Below, piece after piece: positions 56,585 to 64,000 of a DNA stretch of 64,000 bases (its first letter is position 1; every line of letters starts with the position of its first letter). The notes beneath the pieces were generated by a model, which was not told the origin of the DNA, did no database searches, and saw only the letters and a program-made list of their open reading frames with translations. The stretch covers positions 925,892-989,891 of the forward strand of contig JACPKY010000002.1 in assembly GCA_016186795.1 (NCBI GenBank), in the 5' to 3' direction. The translations under genes and the position numbers were made by a program. This stretch comes from Candidatus Gottesmanbacteria bacterium (GTDB taxonomy: Bacteria; Patescibacteriota; Microgenomatia; 2-02-FULL-39-11).

Positions 56585-59500
56585 ATGAAACTTTCAGGAA
56601 TCCGCCAAACCGTTTTCCTTGACCGATATTCACTCAAAGATGAGAAAGGAAATCCAGTTGAGAAAACTCCAGAACAGATGTGGAAAAGGGTCGCTCACGG
56701 AATTAGTCAGGTGGAAAAATCGAGCGTACAGAAGTATTGGGCGGAGAAATTTGAGAGTATCATGCAGGATTTTAAATTCGTTCCTGGAGGGCGGATCCTT
56801 TCGGGAGCAGGGACTGGGTACAACGTAACATTCTATAACTGCTTTGTTATTCCTTCTCCAAAAGATTCTCGCGAGGGCATTTTAGATACCCTAAAACAAA
56901 TGGTTGAGATTATGGCACGAGGAGGAGGGGTAGGAATTAATCTTTCATCACTGCGTCCCCGAGGGGCACGTGTCAAAAAGGTAAATGGGTTTTCCTCAGG
57001 CCCTTGTAACTGGGCAGAACTTTTTTCTGTTGCGACCAAAGATATCATTCAACAGGGTGGAACACGAAGAGGAGCTCTCATGCTCATGCTCTGGGATTGG
57101 CATCCGGATGTTGAGGAGTTTATTACAGTGAAACGCGACCTTTCCCGGATAAACGGTGCCAATCTTTCAGTATGTGTTTCTGACAAATTCATGGAGGCAG
57201 TGAAAAAAGATGACGACTGGCAGCTTTATTTCCCCGATACAAATGATCGTGAGTATGATACCAAGTGGGAAGGGTATATGGATGAGTGGCTCAAGATGGG
57301 GAAGAAAGTAAAAGTTTTCAAAACAATTAAAGCCCGGAAGCTGTGGGATCTTATTTGTGAAGCAGCGTGGGCTTCTGCAGAACCTGGTGTTGTTTTCATG
57401 GAGCGGTACAACAAATGGTCGAACAATTGGTATTTCAACAAAATAAACTGTGTCAATCCGTGTGTCACTGGAGATACGTTGGTCTCCACAACGAATGGAT
57501 TACAATCTATGCGGAAATTGTACGAGATTGGAAAGCCATTTAGAGTTGTTGTCGATGGGAAGAATTATCTATCTACCCATGTAAAACATACAGGAGTAAA
57601 ACCTGTATATCGATTGAGAACCCGTGAGGGTTATGAAATGAAATTAACAAATGACCATAAAGTCATTACGGTAAATGGTAAAAAAGAAGCAGATGAACTT
57701 GTTTCCGGTGATAAAATTTTACTCTCACATGGAGGATCATTTGGAGTAACAGGGAATATAGAAGAAGGGAACGTATTAGGATGGCTTGTTGGCGATGGAA
57801 CAATGAAAAAGGATGTGGCGACTCTTTTCTTTTATCATAATGAGAAACAGGAATTAGCACCTCAATTTGCCTCTATGGTGGGAAAAATGGTTGAAGGAGA
57901 GGGTGTCACGCAGAGGATGTATCCAATTTTCCCTCAATATATTGAGAAAGAAAATAAGGCAGTTGTTGAATCAGTTAGACTTTGGAGGATAGCATATCGA
58001 TATGGAATAACACATGAAAATAAGTATATCGTGCCAGAACAAGTATTTGGAGGATCGGAAGAATTTCAACGAGGATTTTTGCAAGGTCTATTTTCAAGTG
58101 ATGGTACGGTAATAGGTACACCAAATAAAGGCGTGAGTGTTCGTCTTACCTCTGTGAGTTATTCTCTTCTTATCGGAGTACAGCGGTTACTTCTCAATTT
58201 GGGAATTCTAAGTAAAATCTATAAAAAAAGAAGGACAGAATCAAATCGTTTATTGCCGGATGGGCGAGGTGGGAAGAAATCATACTATTGTCAGGCATAT
58301 CATGAACTTGTTATCTCAAAAGTAAGCTTAATACGGTTCGCAGCTCTAATAAATTTTCTTCAGGACAATAAGAAGAATAAACTTGCTTCATTACTCTCAC
58401 TTTATGGACGGGGACCCTACAAAGAATCTTTCATGGCAACATTCTCTGCGTTGGAGAAGGATGGAGTTGAAGAAGTATTCGATATAACTGTTGCTGATAT
58501 TCATCGGTTTTCCGCAAATGGACTTATCGTATCTAACTGTGGTGAAGAGGGTCTCCCTGCATGGGGTGTATGTAACCTTTGTTCAATAAATCTTGCAGCG
58601 CTGGTGAAGGATGGGAAGATTGACTACAAGGAACTATCTGATATTGCAAAGGTTGGCGTTCGATTTCAGGATGACATTATCGATGCCGATTCCTACGTTT
58701 TCCCCCAAATTCGGCAAGTTCAGCAAAACGGAGAAAGGCGTATTGGTCTTGGAACAATGGGTCTTGGCGATGCGCTTATTAAAATGAAGTTGCGCTATGG
58801 TTCACCTGAGTCACTTCGAGAAATTGACAAGATTTATAAAACAATTCGAGACGCAGCATACGAATCATCGGTTGAAATCGCAAAAGAAAAAAGTCCGTTT
58901 CGAGAATTTGACGCTAAAAAACACCTCAAAGGGCATTTTATAAAGCGGCTTCCCAAAAAGACCCTTACAGCCATAAAAAAGTGGGGAGTGAGAAACTCTG
59001 TTCTTCTTCAACAAGCCCCAACCGGTTCAACGTCGCTTCTTGCTGGAGTTTCCTCAGGAATCGAACCAGTCTATGAGTTTTCGTTCGTCCGCCGTGACCG
59101 CTTGGGTGAACACACGCTGTATCATCCACTCTATGAAGAGTGGAAAAAATCTCATCCGAATGATCCCGTTCCTCCCTACTTTGTTTCAGCCAACGATTTG
59201 ATACCCGAAGATCATGTACGGGTACAGGGTGCAATACAAAAGTACGTTGATGCATCGATTTCTAAAACCGTGAACGCTCCCAACAATCATACTATTGAGG
59301 ATGTGCGGAAACTCTACACTCTCGCATATGAGTTAGGATGCAAAGGGGTGACATATATGCGAGAAGGAAGTAGGCCTGGAGTACTTGAGCGAATTCCTGA
59401 AAAGAAAGATGAGAAAGAAAGTGTCCAAAAAGAGAAAGCAACACCAAACGGAAACGGTCATTTGCCGGTTCGTGAAGAGATTATGCCAAGGCCAATGATG

Positions 59501-60016
59501 GTAGCTGGTGCAACATATCAGATTGATACACCTGTTGGGACTGCGTTTGTGACAATTAATACTGATGCCAACAATCAACCACTTGAAGTGTTTATAAATG
59601 TCGGTAAAGCAGGTTCTGATGTAACAGCGATGGCAGAGGCTTTGGGTAGAATTGTTTCACTTATGCTTCGCATGCAGTCAAGCGTTCCCGCATCAGAAAG
59701 AGCACGGCAAGTATTCAATCAGCTGATTGGTATTGGAGGATCAAAAGCGCTCGGATTCGGAGATAAGAGGGTGCGGTCACTTCCCGATGCTGTTGCGAAA
59801 GTTTTGGCAATGCACTATGGTTTTAAATTTAAAAATGGCAACGGAAATGGTCATCAACAAGCTGAGGGAAATCCACAAAGCGTACCAGTCTTAACACAGC
59901 AGTCACTTCCCGTAACGAAGATTGATTACGATCTTTGTCCATCATGCGGAGAGGCAGCTTTAGCCTACGAGGAAGGCTGCAAAAAGTGCTACAGTTGCGG
60001 ATACTCTGAGTGTTAA
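56585..60016 (+). CDS. nrdJ: Class II (adenosylcobalamin-dependent) ribonucleotide reductase NrdJ, monomeric type, interrupted by an intein
   Basis: RNR barrel motifs. NPC|GE active-site motif split by the intein. C-terminal CxxC...CxxC tail. Extein about 784 aa. Confidence 0.85.
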   Translation: MKLSGIRQTVFLDRYSLKDEKGNPVEKTPEQMWKRVAHGISQVEKSSVQKYWAEKFESIMQDFKFVPGGRILSGAGTGYNVTFYNCFVIPSPKDSREGILDTLKQMVEIMARGGGVGINLSSLRPRGARVKKVNGFSSGPCNWAELFSVATKDIIQQGGTRRGALMLMLWDWHPDVEEFITVKRDLSRINGANLSVCVSDKFMEAVKKDDDWQLYFPDTNDREYDTKWEGYMDEWLKMGKKVKVFKTIKARKLWDLICEAAWASAEPGVVFMERYNKWSNNWYFNKINCVNPCVTGDTLVSTTNGLQSMRKLYEIGKPFRVVVDGKNYLSTHVKHTGVKPVYRLRTREGYEMKLTNDHKVITVNGKKEADELVSGDKILLSHGGSFGVTGNIEEGNVLGWLVGDGTMKKDVATLFFYHNEKQELAPQFASMVGKMVEGEGVTQRMYPIFPQYIEKENKAVVESVRLWRIAYRYGITHENKYIVPEQVFGGSEEFQRGFLQGLFSSDGTVIGTPNKGVSVRLTSVSYSLLIGVQRLLLNLGILSKIYKKRRTESNRLLPDGRGGKKSYYCQAYHELVISKVSLIRFAALINFLQDNKKNKLASLLSLYGRGPYKESFMATFSALEKDGVEEVFDITVADIHRFSANGLIVSNCGEEGLPAWGVCNLCSINLAALVKDGKIDYKELSDIAKVGVRFQDDIIDADSYVFPQIRQVQQNGERRIGLGTMGLGDALIKMKLRYGSPESLREIDKIYKTIRDAAYESSVEIAKEKSPFREFDAKKHLKGHFIKRLPKKTLTAIKKWGVRNSVLLQQAPTGSTSLLAGVSSGIEPVYEFSFVRRDRLGEHTLYHPLYEEWKKSHPNDPVPPYFVSANDLIPEDHVRVQGAIQKYVDASISKTVNAPNNHTIEDVRKLYTLAYELGCKGVTYMREGSRPGVLERIPEKKDEKESVQKEKATPNGNGHLPVREEIMPRPMMVAGATYQIDTPVGTAFVTINTDANNQPLEVFINVGKAGSDVTAMAEALGRIVSLMLRMQSSVPASERARQVFNQLIGIGGSKALGFGDKRVRSLPDAVAKVLAMHYGFKFKNGNGNGHQQAEGNPQSVPVLTQQSLPVTKIDYDLCPSCGEAALAYEEGCKKCYSCGYSEC
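57461..58537 (+). mobile_element. Intein (359 aa) with LAGLIDADG homing-endonuclease domain inserted at the NrdJ catalytic cysteine motif
   Basis: Starts with Cys (CVTGDTLV), block B TNDH, LAGLIDADG motifs LGWLVGDGT and FLQGLFSSDG, ends ...LIVSN followed by extein +1 Cys (CGEEGL). Confidence 0.8.
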
Positions 60017-60020
60017 CCTC

Positions 60021-60566
60021 ATGGCAAGGCTAAAAATCTATACACGCACTGGAGATCGCGGACAAACATCTCTCTATGGTGGTAAGCGTGTCCCAAAAAG
60101 TCATTACCGTGTCAATGCGTATGGAACGATTGACGAGCTAAATAGTCTTTTGGGTATTGTGCTTTCCAAAATAGATGATGATCGTGTTCGGAAGTTTATT
60201 CATGGTATCCAACATGATCTATTTGTGATAGGTGGTCACCTTGCAGGAGCCAAAGTAGAGCTTGGAGTACTCAAAACACGAGTTGATGAGATGGAGAAAC
60301 TTATCGACTGGATGGATAGTAATCTTTCTTCTCTAAAATCATTTATTCTTCCTGATGGAACCGAGGCATCAACATTTCTTTTCTTTACGAGAGCCGTTGC
60401 CAGAAGAAGTGAGCGTGAGCTTGTTGCCCTTTCACTTGAAGAAAAAGTCGATGAGCGCGTTCTTATATATCTTAATAGATTATCCGATTTACTGTTTATG
60501 ATGGGAAGATATTTAAACTACAAAGCAAGTGTTGCAGAAACACCATGGAAGAGTAAAATAGAGTGA
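60021..60566 (+). CDS. PduO-type ATP:cob(I)alamin adenosyltransferase
   Basis: IYTRTGDRGQTSL N-terminus and the helical bundle pattern of MMAB/PduO adenosyltransferases. Confidence 0.8.
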   Translation: MARLKIYTRTGDRGQTSLYGGKRVPKSHYRVNAYGTIDELNSLLGIVLSKIDDDRVRKFIHGIQHDLFVIGGHLAGAKVELGVLKTRVDEMEKLIDWMDSNLSSLKSFILPDGTEASTFLFFTRAVARRSERELVALSLEEKVDERVLIYLNRLSDLLFMMGRYLNYKASVAETPWKSKIE

Positions 60567-60725
60567 TAGAAATTCTTGATGGTAGAAGGAATTCTGTGTA
60601 ACTCAGAAACTGTGCCGCAACGGTAAAGTCCGGAACTTCCCCTCAAGCTGAAGGCCGGATGGCCTAAGATCCCGAGCAGGAAATATTTTCTTAAGACATT
60701 TTGGCGGCTTAAGATAGTTATAAGA

Positions 60726-63149
60726 ATGCCTTCTCGGGATGAGAGGGCTTTTTTTATGGTCGAAGCAATTGCACCAGGAGGTATTGGACCGGGAGGCGGA
60801 TACTCATGTGATTTTCAAGCTTCACTTGGAAGTGATGTTCTCATGCGTATGGGGAAGGAGCAGGCAATCCGTGGACAGGCATTGGATCTTGCAACGCTCC
60901 AAAGTGAGCATTTTGATGTTGATCCAATTGGATTGTACACCTTGAAAGTTGCTCAGGCGCAGTTTATGGACAAGGTAACAGGACAGGTGCGAAATGAGTT
61001 GACACTCATTTCTGATGATTTCGGCGGTGAGCCGTTGGGTGTTTGGACAGATGCTGGAGAGCATGGGACTGGGACGAAAGAGGAGTATACGCGACTTATT
61101 ACATGGGCAAATGAACTAGCCACAACTAACGGTGAGGCAACTCTTACATGGGTAAATCCTGGCGAAAAAAGACCGGATGGGAAACCAGAACATCGGGTGT
61201 TTGTTTTACGGAAGGAAGAAAGTGGCAAAGTGAACGGAGCAATGTATTCACTCAGTGGTTCAAGCGAGACTCTTACCTCATTTGCAAAAACGCTTGGATT
61301 TTCTGCAAACGAGTCACTTGTAAAACAACGGTTGTTACAAAAAGAAGATACCGGTAGTATCACCCACCAGGATGTGTATCGGGCTTACCAGTTAGTTTTA
61401 ACGCCTCAGGAGAGACAAGAACAGTCACAGTTTCTTGAGCGTTTTCGGAAAGAAGCAGAAGATGTTCCCGATGATATTCGTTGGGCGAAAATACGGCATC
61501 GGCAGGAGATTTACGAACATCAGCTCTCACAATATGAGGGAGAGATATCAGAAGCATTGGGAATTATCGCGCAAGGATTTAGTGCATTGCCGCAATATTT
61601 AGATAAGAACCTAGATAATCATCAGGAATCTGCGGAAATACTTCCCTACGATCTAGTAAGAGAATTGCCTCAGTCGCAAAAACTTCCCTCACGAGAAAAT
61701 ACGAACCTTTCAATTGAGTTTAACGATCAAAAAGTCCCTGAGTTTCCCTTAGAGCAAAAAGATAAAGGTGAATTAGTTGTGGTACAAAGTAAACAGGAAG
61801 AAAGTGTGGTTCCGGAAGAAACCCGCAGCATTTTTCCTCAAGAATTAAATACTTCTAAAACGGAAGACCTTCAGGATGATGCCGCTTCAGAGATTACCGC
61901 AATCTTTGTGTATTCACTACTTTTACTTGCGAGGGATACGGGGAGAGAAGATGAATCATCTAAAGTCATATATTTACCTCTTTTCGCTCCTACCGATACG
62001 TTGATGGAAGAATATTCTCTTAAAAGTGATTCATTAGCCGATAGGACATCTTTTGAACAAAGGGAAGAAAATACCCATGAGAGTAAGCTATCTCACAGTG
62101 ATGTTTTCGTGATTTTTGAAGATCTTCTTCTTTCCCCACAAGAGGATGAGGGAGTTGAAATTTCTGCCTCCGTCCTTTCTATTTTCGATGAGGTTTTTAC
62201 CGATGAGATTTCTGAAGAAGAAAAAAAAGGAGCGCAAATTATTTTGACAGATGAGAATATCCAGAAGTTTCAGATTATGTATGAGAAACTGCAAGAGAAA
62301 AGTTTCGTGCTACCAGAAGAAAATGGTAGAGAGGACACTGATGCGAAGGGTACGATTCTTCATACCTCTCATGATGAGATCAGCAAGCTTTTCGATATTG
62401 CAAAATCAACTGATATCCCAGAGCCGGAACGGTTACTCGCGCTTGTTTTACTCTACGAGAAAATGCAAGCAACTATTCCCGACGTAGACAGTAAAGACAA
62501 GGAAGATGAGAAAACTGTCTTCCCCCCTCAAAAAAAACTACTCGATCAACTTGATACGATGTACACGTTTTTCCGTACTGAAATGAATGCGTATTTGGAA
62601 AAGGCAGACCAGGCGATCACAGCAGATCTTGATATAACACTCTCTGATTTTTTGAAGGGCGTAACATTGGCTTTTGAGCTGTCAGAAGGAGAAAAACTAG
62701 ATGAGCCTCGCTTTCCTGAAGAGAAAGTTCTTCTCAAATACGTAGTTGCGATCTCTCTTCTTCGAATTCTTTCCGAGACCTCTGGGAAAAATTTCGGAAT
62801 GATCGATGGAAAAAGGGCAAAGTCTGATCCTCATTATATTGACCATGTCCTTTCCTATCTTCTCATTCTCGTTGAAATGCCCAAGGATTCCCGTGAAAGA
62901 ATTCTCAATCTTTTGGAACTTAATCCTTTGCACCATGCTTCGATTGGCAATTTTCCTCTTTTTTGGAAGCAGTCGGAAGAAACATTCTCAGGTATCGTTT
63001 TTGAGAATTCAATCTGGCTTTTACGCCAGCGCCTTCTCCATGGCTATTCACCAACAGCATACAGTTTCCCATCACATATGATTCTTTTTGACTACTTCCG
63101 GGATGTTTATCAACGTTTTCATGGAAGGAGTGTAAATTTGTATGAATAG
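60726..63149 (+). CDS. Hypothetical 807-aa acidic protein
   Basis: Long ORF. No recognised motifs. Confidence 0.4.
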   Translation: MPSRDERAFFMVEAIAPGGIGPGGGYSCDFQASLGSDVLMRMGKEQAIRGQALDLATLQSEHFDVDPIGLYTLKVAQAQFMDKVTGQVRNELTLISDDFGGEPLGVWTDAGEHGTGTKEEYTRLITWANELATTNGEATLTWVNPGEKRPDGKPEHRVFVLRKEESGKVNGAMYSLSGSSETLTSFAKTLGFSANESLVKQRLLQKEDTGSITHQDVYRAYQLVLTPQERQEQSQFLERFRKEAEDVPDDIRWAKIRHRQEIYEHQLSQYEGEISEALGIIAQGFSALPQYLDKNLDNHQESAEILPYDLVRELPQSQKLPSRENTNLSIEFNDQKVPEFPLEQKDKGELVVVQSKQEESVVPEETRSIFPQELNTSKTEDLQDDAASEITAIFVYSLLLLARDTGREDESSKVIYLPLFAPTDTLMEEYSLKSDSLADRTSFEQREENTHESKLSHSDVFVIFEDLLLSPQEDEGVEISASVLSIFDEVFTDEISEEEKKGAQIILTDENIQKFQIMYEKLQEKSFVLPEENGREDTDAKGTILHTSHDEISKLFDIAKSTDIPEPERLLALVLLYEKMQATIPDVDSKDKEDEKTVFPPQKKLLDQLDTMYTFFRTEMNAYLEKADQAITADLDITLSDFLKGVTLAFELSEGEKLDEPRFPEEKVLLKYVVAISLLRILSETSGKNFGMIDGKRAKSDPHYIDHVLSYLLILVEMPKDSRERILNLLELNPLHHASIGNFPLFWKQSEETFSGIVFENSIWLLRQRLLHGYSPTAYSFPSHMILFDYFRDVYQRFHGRSVNLYE

Positions 63150-63555
63150 ATTCATGAAAGGTTTTATTCTCATATTGGTTGGGACTATCATTCTTGCAGT
63201 TTTCGTTCTTCCCAAGAATGGTTGGTTCGATGTGGAAAAAGAGAATACGGGCAAAGCTGTACAAGTTGAAAAAAAGCATATTACGATGGTAATTGATTTT
63301 GGTGATAGAGTACGTTCATATACCGGTGTGGAAGCCTCGACTGTCTTTGAGGGATTGAAAAATATCTATCCGGAAGTTGAAGTAAAAACGTATGATTTTG
63401 GAATGCTTGTAACTAAAATTGAGGGAAAACAAAATTCGCCGACTCATGCATGGTTGTATTGGGTGAATGGAAAGGAAGCGACACTTTCTGCAGATATGTA
63501 CATTACAGAGGATGGAGATATGGTAGAATGGAAATACGTTTCACTGACTCAGTAA
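63142..63555 (+). CDS. DUF4430 domain protein (transcobalamin-like beta domain, putative cobalamin-binding)
   Basis: N-terminal TM, then FG...WLYWVNGKEATLSADMYITEDGDMVEWKY, the DUF4430 signature. Confidence 0.6.
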   Translation: MNRFMKGFILILVGTIILAVFVLPKNGWFDVEKENTGKAVQVEKKHITMVIDFGDRVRSYTGVEASTVFEGLKNIYPEVEVKTYDFGMLVTKIEGKQNSPTHAWLYWVNGKEATLSADMYITEDGDMVEWKYVSLTQ

Positions 63556-63556
63556 T

Positions 63557-64000
63557 ATGAAAAGAAAAGAAGTAGGTCTTGCATTATTTTTGATTCTTAC
63601 AGGAATTTTTTTCCGGACAATTTGGCATATCGGGCCAAATGTGGAATTTTTGACAACAGCATCATTTCTTTCTTCATATTACCTTTCCAAAAAATGGGCA
63701 ATTATTGTTCCACTTGCAACGATTGTCGCATCAGATATAGTTTTGGGTAACACGCTAATATTTTTATTTACCTGGAGTGGATATGTTGGTATTGGTCTTC
63801 TTGCTAGTTTGGTAAAAAATATTCGCAGGGTAGTACCCATCGTTTCCGGACTAGGATTTGTTATTGTTTCAGCACTTTGGTTTTACCTCTGGACGAATTT
63901 CGGGGTATGGCTCCTTGATAGTTTCGGTATGTATGATAATACTCTCAGCGGTCTTATCAATTCCTACATTGCTGGATTTCCTTTCTTGAGAGCTCACATT
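63557..64000 (+). CDS. Polytopic membrane protein, partial (runs off window end); possible ECF-type S-component or BtuM-like vitamin transporter
   Basis: ATG at 63557, at least 4 hydrophobic helices. Not in the ORF track because it has no stop in the window. Functional guess from adjacency to DUF4430. Confidence 0.35.
   Translation, partial: MKRKEVGLALFLILTGIFFRTIWHIGPNVEFLTTASFLSSYYLSKKWAIIVPLATIVASDIVLGNTLIFLFTWSGYVGIGLLASLVKNIRRVVPIVSGLGFVIVSALWFYLWTNFGVWLLDSFGMYDNTLSGLINSYIAGFPFLRAHI

Noticed and set aside
60567-60725. Possible small RNA (GTCCGGAA and a GGCC-GGAT-GGCC hairpin reminiscent of SRP RNA helix 8)
   Set aside because: Could not fold a convincing SRP domain IV (no GNRA-closed symmetric loops). 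More likely the promoter or leader of the downstream 807-aa gene.
1-64000. tRNA, rRNA, CRISPR array, transposase or integrase scan
   Set aside because: No T-loop-like GGTTCGAAT-type elements in intergenic spaces, no direct-repeat arrays, no DDE transposase or tyrosine recombinase motifs recognised.

Overview
This is a 64 kb window from a low-GC (about 40%) compact bacterial genome, with standard genetic code (TGA is used as a stop and AGGAGG ribosome-binding sites are present). It spans the chromosomal replication origin neighbourhood: rpmH-rnpA lie divergent to dnaA-dnaN, and DnaA boxes flank dnaA. A Gram-positive-type conjugation/type IV secretion-like module (PrgI-like protein, a VirB4 ATPase split into two ORFs, and an anchored partner protein) ends 10 bp downstream of dnaN on the opposite strand. 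The central part is a GC-elevated block. It holds a ClpC-like AAA+ unfoldase carrying a roughly 300-aa triple-repeat insertion in its second ATPase domain plus a C-terminal zinc ribbon. It also holds an HExxH membrane protease, a 549-aa unknown, and a 1739-aa giant protein whose C-terminal third is about nine tandem repeats of a roughly 46-aa motif I do not recognise. The rest is housekeeping and envelope genes: rnhA, a DUF4012 protein, an LCP ligase, rplY, two tandem class A PBPs, a CvpA-CAP fusion, murB, dtd, a gapN-like gene, an SPFH protein, and a purine salvage cluster (NDT-like, add, guaB, guaA). An apparent cobalamin module follows: nrdR, then a class II NrdJ interrupted by a 359-aa LAGLIDADG intein at the catalytic NPC/GE site, then a PduO-type adenosyltransferase, and further on a DUF4430 B12-binding-like protein and a partial membrane protein. 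No tRNA, rRNA or CRISPR array was recognised. A 19-bp palindrome occurs twice, upstream of the DUF4012 gene and at the murB start. All functional calls rest on motif recognition by eye and have not been checked against databases.
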